Positions 1 through 5,795 of a stretch of DNA of 10,603 nucleotides are shown one piece after another (the stretch's first letter is position 1; each line of letters starts with the position of its first letter). Below the pieces are notes generated by a model. That model saw nothing but the letters and a program-made list of their open reading frames with translations. It was not told where the DNA came from and did no database searches. The position numbers and the translations under genes were made by a program. The stretch comes from a virus (taxonomy: Duplodnaviria; Heunggongvirae; Uroviricota; Caudoviricetes), in the IMG/VR virus record IMGVR_UViG_2711768062_000001. One strand, 5' to 3'.

Positions 1-231
1 CAGCTGGCGTTTGAGACGTGCAATCTCGGTAGACATCTCCAGTTCACGTTCAGAAGACGTCTGCTGATTTTGCTGTTTACTGCGCCAGTTGTAGAGCTGT
101 GATTCATACAGGCTGAGTTCACGGGCTGCGGCAGTAACACCGATGCGTTCAGCAAGCTTCAGGGCTTCACTGCGAAATTCAGGCGAATGCTGTTTACGGG
201 GTTTTTTACTGGTTGATACTGTTTTTGTCAT
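1..231 (-). CDS. insE: IS3 transposase OrfA (InsE), N-terminal 77 codons; the 3' part and OrfB lie outside the window
   Basis: Minus-strand ATG at 231..229 opens MTKTVSTSKKPRKQHSPEFRSEALKLAERIGVTAAARELSLYESQLYNWRSKQQNQQTSSERELEMSTEIARLKRQL..., matching my recollection of IS3 InsE (HTH N-terminal domain). The frame is open to the window edge. Confidence 0.8.
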   Translation of the reverse strand, partial: MTKTVSTSKKPRKQHSPEFRSEALKLAERIGVTAAARELSLYESQLYNWRSKQQNQQTSSERELEMSTEIARLKRQL

Positions 232-296
232 GTGAGTCACCTCTGACTGAGAGTTTACTCACTTAGCCGCGTGTCCACTATTGCTGGGTAAGATCA
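1..296 (-). mobile_element. IS3 (IS3 family) left end, partial; the element continues beyond the window start
   Basis: Reverse complement of 241-296 reads TGATCTTACCCAGCAATAGTGGACACGCGGCTAAGTGAGTAAACTCTCAGTCAGAG, which I recognise as the IS3 terminal inverted repeat and leader, followed by the OrfA start. Sequence character changes abruptly at 297 (AT-rich prophage DNA). Only one end is visible, so the target-site duplication cannot be checked. Confidence 0.85.
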
Positions 297-438
297 TTTC
301 TCTACCTGCCGTTGGTGTTCGTGCCCGAGGCAGATAGCCTCAAGCACCCGCAGTCATTCTACTTAACTAAGATTTCCCCGCAAACCGTTTTTGTCCAGCA
401 CAGTAAATATCCAACTAAACCAATGGAGTTCGCTGTAT

Positions 439-618
439 TTACCGCCAGTATTCAATGCACATGACCGCCATGAACACCCCTAAAAAAAGGGCATTTATAT
501 ATCCAAATATTAATATCAAAACATCAACTTTTTCCATATACCTTGCTGTGAAGATGATGGGCATACATGATGCGAACAACCAGAACGCAACAAACAAAAA
601 CTGCAATGCGTTTTTCAT
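439..618 (-). CDS. small hydrophobic protein, 59 aa, two predicted transmembrane helices, unknown function
   Basis: MKNALQFLFVAFWLFASCMPIIFTARYMEKVDVLILIFGYINALFLGVFMAVMCIEYWR. Minus-strand GGAGG lies 7 nt upstream of the ATG at 618 (gattgtaGGAGGaataATG), so the internal ATG is preferred over the 72-aa start at 657 given in the ORF track. TAA stop at 441..439. Confidence 0.45.
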   Translation of the reverse strand: MKNALQFLFVAFWLFASCMPIIFTARYMEKVDVLILIFGYINALFLGVFMAVMCIEYWR

Positions 619-1052
619 TATTCCTCCTACAATCAATGTGCAATTACATTTAAACACACCTCAATTTGGCCGGACATATAAATATCTAAACCAGAAAAAA
701 TCACTTACATAGCGTTACAAACTCTTTAGTCTAAAGGTTCATCGTAAAACATTCCCCATACTTATCAGTCCGTTCCGCGCCAGGTAGCTCATTGCCTTAT
801 CTGGCAACCTGTAATCAGGTTTCCGCTTTTTCAGTTGGCTGGTCGTTTAACCGACATAGTTAACCCATTAATCTAGTTGCCGGATGTTGGTGGATTTTCG
901 CGTTTTAGTTGTTCATAAAAGTGCACAGCTTTAACCAATTCTTCTGATGTAACCGGGACTGGTGAGGCAGTGAATAAGGCCTGAATTTGATAGTTCGGCC
1001 TGTCGTTACAATCCTCTTTTTTCGGTACATATTTCCAGTCACCAGACCACTA

Positions 1053-1160
1053 CTTCCCCTGAAAGTCCGTAACGCCTTTTTTCACGTAGCGATATCGCCA
1101 TGTCACTGGTTTTGCTTGCCCCGCCGTTTCATGCCCTTCCTGATAATTAATCTCGCTCAT
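1053..1160 (-). CDS. micro-ORF, 35 aa hydrophilic (MSEINYQEGHETAGQAKPVTWRYRYVKKGVTDFQGK), hypothetical
   Basis: ATG at 1160..1158 preceded by a G-rich SD-like run (gaGTGGGGcgatgaATG); TAG stop at 1055..1053. Below the ORF-track size threshold; no homology recognised. Confidence 0.2.
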
Positions 1161-1397
1161 TCATCGCCCCACTCATCACAATATGCTTCGACCGGAGTTT
1201 TTCCCGCTTCATAGTCATCACGCTAGGATTCGACATCAGCAGCACTTCCACCGCGTAACTCACCATAGTCCATTAATAGTTCATCCCGCTCTTCAAAACT
1301 GATGTTATATTTAGCTGAACAAAAATCAGCCACTTTGTTCTTCCTCATCGTCTTTTATTTCGTGGTATGAGTAATTGCAGTAGTTAAAGAAAATTTC

Positions 1398-1508
1398 TTA
1401 TGCTCCGTCATGAATTTCATCAGGTGTTGCGTCATCGTCCACTTCGAATACATCCTCAAAATCTCCACCAGCTATTCCCGTTTCAATAATAATTTTGAAC
1501 TTTCGCAT
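1398..1508 (-). CDS. micro-ORF, 36 aa acidic (MRKFKIIIETGIAGGDFEDVFEVDDDATPDEIHDGA), hypothetical
   Basis: ATG at 1508..1506; on the minus strand an AGGAGG is followed by a GC hairpin (ccgccc-gaaa-gggcgg, plus-strand 1516-1531) and then the ATG, a geometry that could bring SD and start codon together. TAA stop at 1400..1398. Confidence 0.2.
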   Translation of the reverse strand: MRKFKIIIETGIAGGDFEDVFEVDDDATPDEIHDGA

Positions 1509-1770
1509 TTCACTACCGCCCTTTCGGGCGGCCTCCTGATGTTCTGAGGGTGCAGAAATCCATCCGGTTAAGGATTAAGTTTTATTTACAGAACTGAATT
1601 TAATTATTCAGATATACGTATCTGTAACCTTACGAATCTACTCACTGGATGCCTCTTTCATAAAAATAATCCAGTGGGTTTTATCGTTTTTTCCCTGTTC
1701 GTTGACAGATAACAGGCTTTCTATCTGTCAGTGCCAGAATCTGGCTTACCGGTATTTGCGTTTCATTCCA

Positions 1771-2127
1771 TTAAAAAATCAGAACGCCGTGCGGCCTCAA
1801 CACCCGAAAAGCTTCTTTAAATCTCTGTCGCAAATCATCACGCCAGGCATCTTTATTCAGCCGTCCATATTTCTTTCCCATCCAGGCGTTATCACCAACA
1901 CGCTCAAGATGCGGAGGGTCTAATACAACCATCGAAAAAGATGCGTCTGCAAATGATAATGCACGAAAATCTGCGATAATGTCAGGGCTGATAATCAAGC
2001 GTCTCCCATTGCGTAATGTGTATCCTTCTTTTCTGATATCGCTAAATATCGCCCGTTCGTCAGACTTATCGAACCAGAACATGCGGCTGCCACAGCACAT
2101 ATCAAGAATGGTTGCCGGTGCACTCAC
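1771..2127 (-). CDS. DNA methyltransferase-like protein, 118 aa, probably truncated by an in-frame TAA (see findings)
   Basis: Translation has an AdoMet-binding-like N-terminus (ILDMCCGSRMFWFD) and a (D/N/S)PP(Y/F/H)-type motif IV (VVLDPPHL) about 60 residues later, the order seen in amino-MTases. Start ATG overlaps the stop of the upstream 140-aa gene (ATGA at 2124-2127), implying translational coupling. Confidence 0.5.
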   Translation of the reverse strand: MSAPATILDMCCGSRMFWFDKSDERAIFSDIRKEGYTLRNGRRLIISPDIIADFRALSFADASFSMVVLDPPHLERVGDNAWMGKKYGRLNKDAWRDDLRQRFKEAFRVLRPHGVLIF

Positions 2128-2546
2128 TGCGCCACGTCCTGAAAATTACCCTGATAGAAAGCCAGTATGCGCTGCATAACTTCGCTCTTCCGGCACTCGC
2201 GACAGATTATGTTTAGGCGACTGTCGTAGCGACGTATTTCTCCGTCAGGTGATGACCAGATAAGGTCCGGATCAACCACAGCAGGTTTCTTCACCTTTGC
2301 CCTCGAGAGTTTTTTGCGGGCGTTTTGCCAGTCCTTACGCGCCTGTTCAGAGGGGAATAACCCGTAGCCGGAGTTGTATACATCGCCACTGGCTACCAGC
2401 TCTCTGGCAAGAACGCTCATCAGATATCTAGTCGCACCTGTTTTAGCTTCCAGTTGCCGTAACGTCTCACGGCCGCTCTGGCGCACGAGTTCCACCACCT
2501 GCCATTTAATTTTTTCCCGCTCTTCTTGTGTAAAAACTTTTGCCAC
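2124..2546 (-). CDS. hypothetical protein, 140 aa, basic, with a possible winged-helix-like segment
   Basis: Long open frame with a GTG start at 2546..2544 preceded by aaGGGGGActt; protein MAKVFTQEEREKIKWQVVELVRQSGRETLRQLEAKTGATRYLMSVLARELVASGDVYN.... No family recognised. Sits between the replication initiator and the MTase-like gene in the same operon. Confidence 0.55.
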   Translation of the reverse strand: MAKVFTQEEREKIKWQVVELVRQSGRETLRQLEAKTGATRYLMSVLARELVASGDVYNSGYGLFPSEQARKDWQNARKKLSRAKVKKPAVVDPDLIWSSPDGEIRRYDSRLNIICRECRKSEVMQRILAFYQGNFQDVAQ

Positions 2547-2586
2547 AAGTCCCCCTTAAAATTACCTCATGACCTGAAATCAACAC

Positions 2587-3552
2587 TTATCCTCTGAAAC
2601 CAGGCGGAATTTCTGTATCCGGTTCAGAAATATGATTAACACAACGCTGTACAGGTGAACGTCCCAGGCGGATGACCAGTTCGTCCCATTTTTCGCGGAG
2701 CTTTGACGGGCTCATGATGTTTTTTACCCAGAATGGATCTCGCTGAATCCGACCAAACATTTCGCAAATTTGTCTGTGGCTTCTGCCATCCAGCATCCGC
2801 ATTGTGCGCACGTCATTGGCCCAGGCAGTCCAGTTAGGCTCTTTTGGTCGCATGATCTCGCCATCATCACTGGCTGCCTGTTCGTAGAGACCCACGATCC
2901 GCCCCCAGATCCACTGCGCACACGCCAAATCCTCCCTGCTACCCCACTGGCGTTTTTTCGCACTAAACACAACCGCGTCGGAGTTCCGGGTTAAAAAATC
3001 CTGTTCAGTCGTCTGCGGGTCCGGTTGCGAAGCTTCCGGACGAAAAGTGTTTTTATTCTCTGTAGTAATCTCTGTTGTATTCTCTGTAAGATCATCAGGC
3101 CATTTTGACCCGATGACATTGGGTCGTTTTGAATCAATGGAGCGTTTCATTTTGACCTCTTCCATCGTGTCATTTTGACCTGATGGAGCGGCGCATTTTG
3201 AACCGATGGATTCGCTCAATTTGCCACCATCTAAAAGCTCGCTCCCATAGTTGATCGTGTAGAAATTGGTCATATCGCGCTTTGATTTATTGAGCTTTTC
3301 ACAACGCAAAAGCCCCAGCGTTTTCAGACTTGCAAACGCGCGCTTTAACGTTGACTCTGACCAGAATGGGAACTGTTCCAGCCATTGTTCCGTTGTGTTA
3401 TAAATCCAGCGAACACCATCACATTCCATGCCGGAGTTGGTATCTCTCAACCAGTAGTGCAGTTGTTGCAAAACAATGGCTTCGTTTAAGCCAATTTTCA
3501 TTGCCAGCTGCGTGTTTATAACCAGTGGGCGTTCAGCAAAAAGAAGGCTCAT
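2587..3552 (-). CDS. phage replication initiator (lambda O-like, two domains with low-complexity linker) containing the putative origin iterons
   Basis: Long ORF; ATG at 3552..3550 preferred (the track's 339-aa form starts at TTG 3606). N-terminal domain ...LVINTQLAMKIGLNEAIVLQQLHYWL...STLKRAFASLKTLGLLRCEKL, then a T/E/N/Q-rich linker, then a Trp-rich C-terminal domain. The linker-coding DNA holds an iteron array (3101-3230), as in the lambda O gene and ori-lambda. Confidence 0.6.
   Translation of the reverse strand: MSLLFAERPLVINTQLAMKIGLNEAIVLQQLHYWLRDTNSGMECDGVRWIYNTTEQWLEQFPFWSESTLKRAFASLKTLGLLRCEKLNKSKRDMTNFYTINYGSELLDGGKLSESIGSKCAAPSGQNDTMEEVKMKRSIDSKRPNVIGSKWPDDLTENTTEITTENKNTFRPEASQPDPQTTEQDFLTRNSDAVVFSAKKRQWGSREDLACAQWIWGRIVGLYEQAASDDGEIMRPKEPNWTAWANDVRTMRMLDGRSHRQICEMFGRIQRDPFWVKNIMSPSKLREKWDELVIRLGRSPVQRCVNHISEPDTEIPPGFRG
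3101..3230. repeat. origin-like iteron array: 5-6 direct repeats of core CATTTTGACC at about 23-bp period
   Basis: Copies start at 3101 (cattttgacc), 3125 (cgttttgaatc, degenerate), 3148 (cattttgacc), 3171 (cattttgacc), 3194 (cattttgaac) and 3218 (caatttgcca, weak). Flanked at 3057-3089 by three TCTCTGT copies at 12-bp period and a short AT-rich patch at 3040-3056. Confidence 0.6.
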
Positions 3553-4054
3553 AATTCCATCCAGCTTTTTGTTGGTATTGCTGTCGATACGCAAGCTTGA
3601 AAGCAATTGCTTTTTCTATAAGTTCGTCAGTTTCACGATCCACTACGGCAGGATCAGCAAAAAGCAGTCCGGACTCCACCACATCGCCATATTCTTTGTT
3701 TAACCCGGCGATCATGCACGTGATGCTTTTTCCGTCAGTAATTTCACGATACAACCTGAAATCACTAATCCGGATAGCCTCCATAATCGCAGGCACTAGC
3801 GCCGTGAACTTTTCACGCTTATCCCTGGTGTCGATAGCCTTCCAGCGTTCGAATATCTTCACTCGATTAACACCAAGCGCTCGCTGATCAACCGCGCCAC
3901 CTTCATCTGTGACACGCTGAACATCGATGTTCGGGCGCTCTTTCAAAGCCCAGAATGCTTCAGTGATTAATATCGTCGCCTGCTCCTGTGTCATTCCTGG
4001 TCGACATATCCAGGCATCCAGAGCCTCACGAGCCTGTTCAGGAGTGATTTTCAT
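3533..4054 (-). CDS. hypothetical early protein, 173 aa, immediately downstream of the cro-like gene (the position occupied by CII/YdaT-type regulators)
   Basis: ATG at 4054..4052 lies 17 nt inside the 3' end of dicC (aacaATGaaaatcactcctgaa), suggesting coupling; protein MKITPEQAREALDAWICRPGMTQEQATILITEAFWALKERPNID.... Function is inferred from position only. Confidence 0.55.
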   Translation of the reverse strand: MKITPEQAREALDAWICRPGMTQEQATILITEAFWALKERPNIDVQRVTDEGGAVDQRALGVNRVKIFERWKAIDTRDKREKFTALVPAIMEAIRISDFRLYREITDGKSITCMIAGLNKEYGDVVESGLLFADPAVVDRETDELIEKAIAFKLAYRQQYQQKAGWNYEPSFC

Positions 4055-4265
4055 TGTTCAACCGCCCCGCCCGCTTCGTCTTACGATATTCATCATAAAC
4101 TTTGGGATCATACTGAAGCTCCCCGCCAGATGCCTCCTGTAGACGCATCGCGCGACCTTCAGGAACCAGTATCCCCCAAGCAGCAACACTTGCCAGCCTC
4201 ACTCCTGCGGCATTGGCAAGCTTTGTTTTGCTGCCAAAAAAAGTAATTGCGTCAACTTTAAGCAT
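4038..4265 (-). CDS. dicC: DicC, Cro-like small DNA-binding protein (75 aa from the ATG; 76 with the preceding TTG)
   Basis: MLKVDAITFFGSKTKLANAAGVRLASVAAWGILVPEGRAMRLQEASGGELQYDPKVYDEYRKTKRAGRLNNENHS. Divergent from dicA across an 80-bp operator region; SD GAGGGGG 5 nt upstream of the ATG. Size and sequence match my recollection of Qin DicC. Confidence 0.7.
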   Translation of the reverse strand: MLKVDAITFFGSKTKLANAAGVRLASVAAWGILVPEGRAMRLQEASGGELQYDPKVYDEYRKTKRAGRLNNENHS

Positions 4266-4278
4266 CAAATCCCCCTCT

Positions 4279-4296
4279 TGTTAGACTTTTCTAACA
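4279..4296. promoter_or_regulatory. operator: perfect inverted repeat TGTTAGA-cttt-TCTAACA in the dicC/dicA intergenic region
   Basis: Read directly from the sequence: 7-bp arms, 4-bp spacer. Overlaps the -10 and predicted start site of the dicC promoter. A degenerate second copy (aattaga-atta-cctaact) lies at 4328-4345, abutting the dicA start codon. Confidence 0.6.
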
Positions 4297-4323
4297 TTAT
4301 TGTGCGCGGGATACCTAAGTCAA
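4296..4323 (-). promoter_or_regulatory. candidate sigma70 promoter for dicC (-35 TTGACT, 16-bp spacer, -10 AATAAT on the minus strand)
   Basis: On the minus strand, TTGACT is at plus coordinates 4323..4318 and AATAAT at 4301..4296. The predicted start falls inside the 4279-4296 operator. Confidence 0.4.
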
Positions 4324-4345
4324 GAAAAATTAGAATTACCTAACT

Positions 4346-4753
4346 ATGGATACAAGAACCCTGGGCCAGCGAGTTCTGGCGCGACGAAAAGAATTACGCT
4401 TAACACAACGAGAAGCCGCGCGCCTCGCTGGAGTTGCTCACGTCACAATTTCACAATGGGAAAGAGACGAAACCCAGCCAGTCGGAAAACGATTGTTTGC
4501 TTTAGCGGATGCTCTGAAGTGCTCACCTACATGGCTAATGTTTGGTGACGAAGACAAGGCACCAGTGCCTGCACAAGAACTTCATGTGGAAACAGAGCTA
4601 ACTCCCAACCACAAAGAATTGATCGAATTATTCGATGCTCTTCCATCTTCCGAGCAGGAAGCCTTGCTGTCTGAAATGCGCGCAAGAGTAGAAAACTTCA
4701 ACAAACTCTTCGAAGAAATGCTTAAAGCGCGTAAAAATAAATCAATAAAATAA
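4346..4753 (+). CDS. dicA: DicA, HTH (XRE/cI-type) repressor of the dicB operon, 135 aa
   Basis: MDTRTLGQRVLARRKELRLTQREAARLAGVAHVTISQWERDETQPVGKRLFALADALKCSPTWLMFGDEDK..., i.e. an N-terminal HTH followed by a C-terminal helical domain. Length, sequence character and context (divergent dicC, dicB operon downstream) match Qin DicA as I recall it. Confidence 0.8.
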   Translation: MDTRTLGQRVLARRKELRLTQREAARLAGVAHVTISQWERDETQPVGKRLFALADALKCSPTWLMFGDEDKAPVPAQELHVETELTPNHKELIELFDALPSSEQEALLSEMRARVENFNKLFEEMLKARKNKSIK

Positions 4754-4788
4754 CATTCTTTTCAAGTGATTAGTTGCGCCCACCCTTT

Positions 4789-4808
4789 TTGTTAGATCAA
4801 TCTAACAA
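4789..4808. promoter_or_regulatory. operator: perfect inverted repeat TTGTTAGA-tcaa-TCTAACAA upstream of the dicB operon
   Basis: 8-bp arms, 4-bp spacer, with the same half-site as the 4279-4296 operator. A degenerate third copy (tgttagg-ttat-tctaaat) at 4826-4843 overlaps the candidate promoter. Confidence 0.6.
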
Positions 4809-4815
4809 AAAACAC

Positions 4816-4844
4816 TTGCCTCTCATGTTAGGTTATTCTAAATT
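4816..4844 (+). promoter_or_regulatory. candidate promoter of the dicB operon (-35 TTGCCT, 17-bp spacer, -10 TAAATT)
   Basis: Weak match to the sigma70 consensus, flanked and overlapped by DicA-type operator copies; the first gene of the operon starts at 4922. Confidence 0.3.
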
Positions 4845-4921
4845 ATTTTCCATCAAGACACCGCACGGTGTTCTCAGCAAACAGTTCCGCTACCCCGGCG
4901 TTAAGGGGAAATGAGGTCAGC

Positions 4922-5077
4922 ATGGATACTATCGATCTTGGCAACAACGAATCTCTGGTGTACGGCGTGTTTCCAAACCAGGACGGCACGTTCACCGCAA
5001 TGACGTATACCAAAAGCAAAACGTTTAAAACCGAATCTGGAGCGCGTCGCTGGCTGGAAAGAAATTCAGGTGGGTGA
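4922..5077 (+). CDS. ydfA: YdfA-like small protein, 51 aa
   Basis: MDTIDLGNNESLVYGVFPNQDGTFTAMTYTKSKTFKTESGARRWLERNSGG; GAGG 6 nt upstream of the ATG. The internal start is preferred over the 69-aa form in the ORF track. First gene of the dicB operon, same length as K-12 ydfA. Confidence 0.7.
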   Translation: MDTIDLGNNESLVYGVFPNQDGTFTAMTYTKSKTFKTESGARRWLERNSGG

Positions 5078-5078
5078 T

Positions 5079-5207
5079 ATGGATTTCGACACAATCATGG
5101 AAAAGGCTTACGAAGAATACTTCGAAGGCCTTGCCGAAGGCGAAGAAGCTCTCAGCTTCAGCGAATTTAAACAGGCGCTTTCCAGTTCGGCAAAATCTAA
5201 CGGCTGA
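5079..5207 (+). CDS. ydfB: YdfB-like small acidic protein, 42 aa
   Basis: ATG at 5079, one nucleotide after the ydfA stop (tGAtATGg); MDFDTIMEKAYEEYFEGLAEGEEALSFSEFKQALSSSAKSNG. Below the ORF-track threshold. Same length and operon position as K-12 ydfB. Confidence 0.65.
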   Translation: MDFDTIMEKAYEEYFEGLAEGEEALSFSEFKQALSSSAKSNG

Positions 5208-5236
5208 TAAGCGAAACAGCACCGCAAGGAATCAGT

Positions 5237-5455
5237 ATGCAGAAACGAGAACCCGTTATCATCGCGCCAGACTATACCGATGATGAACTTTATGAGTGGA
5301 TGCACCAGAAAATTAATGCAGCGCAGGATCTGAAATGGGCTAATGAAGCCAGGGCTAAGCAGGCTGAAAATCTGTTCTCTCTGGAGCAGGATATCACCAA
5401 TCTGGAAAAAGCAGCGGCATTAAGCATTGCCAGAATGATTACATACCCGCGTTAA
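5237..5455 (+). CDS. ydfC: YdfC-like protein, 72 aa
   Basis: MQKREPVIIAPDYTDDELYEWMHQKINAAQDLKWANEARAKQAENLFSLEQDITNLEKAAALSIARMITYPR; SD-like aaggaa upstream. Same length and position as K-12 ydfC. Confidence 0.7.
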   Translation: MQKREPVIIAPDYTDDELYEWMHQKINAAQDLKWANEARAKQAENLFSLEQDITNLEKAAALSIARMITYPR

Positions 5456-5795
5456 TAGCTAACCAACGAAGCTAAGGTTGGTAATTAAGGAGTTCTCCAC
5501 GGGTGAGGTGGAGTGCGTGCGCCGGACACGGGTGAGCATCCGGCACTGACAGTTTACTGAAAGGATATTTCCCTGAAAAGTCAGACCATAACGCGAAAGC
5601 GCACGGCGAGGTAGCTGGTTCATAGATAGCCTGTCGTTAAATTTTCGTCGACCGTGCGCTTCCGGTTGTGGCAACCCGCGAAATGGCGCGGCGGTAAGTA
5701 TGGCGGGGTTATTCCTTCCCCGTTGAGGACACCGGGTTGTCAGGTTGACCATACGCTTAAGTGACAACCCCGCTGCAACGCCCTCTGTTATCAAT

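Noticed and set aside
455-712. 85-aa plus-strand ORF antisense to the small membrane ORF
   Set aside because: Low-complexity Asn/Ile/Lys-rich translation from AT-rich DNA with no SD. It was kept only as a possible antisense-RNA locus in the membrane-ORF finding, not as a CDS.
987-1214. 75-aa plus-strand ORF
   Set aside because: It starts at TTG with no SD, and its translation is Pro/Phe-rich without domain character. Micro-ORFs on the opposite strand look more gene-like, though those too are uncertain.
1702-2559. Plus-strand ORFs 1702..1923, 1979..2179 and 2374..2559
   Set aside because: They are antisense to the MTase-like and 140-aa genes, which form a coupled operon on the minus strand; no start signals.
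3101-3230. Reading the 23-bp-period direct repeats as a CRISPR array
   Set aside because: The repeat cores are only about 10 bp, the period is about 23 bp (far shorter than repeat plus spacer in CRISPR), the copies are degenerate, they lie inside a protein-coding linker, and there are no cas genes. The iteron/origin interpretation fits much better.
2724-4142. Alternative-frame ORFs inside the replication and early genes (2724..2972-, 2770..2994+, 3330..3521+, 3476..3703+, 3597..3887+, 3927..4142+)
   Set aside because: They are nested within or antisense to the long minus-strand genes 2587..3552 and 3533..4054; their composition is consistent with frame-shifted noise.
4300-5305. ORFs 4300..4548+, 4843..5094-, 5025..5222- and 5108..5305-
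   Set aside because: They overlap dicA, ydfA, ydfB and ydfC in other frames or on the opposite strand. The sense-strand genes have proper SDs and match the known operon by length and order.
5459-5794. 111-aa minus-strand ORF from the six-frame track
   Set aside because: It lies entirely within, and antisense to, the untranslated GC-rich leader of the dicB operon upstream of DicF. It has no convincing start context; the Arg/Pro/Gly-rich translation is typical of GC-rich noise.
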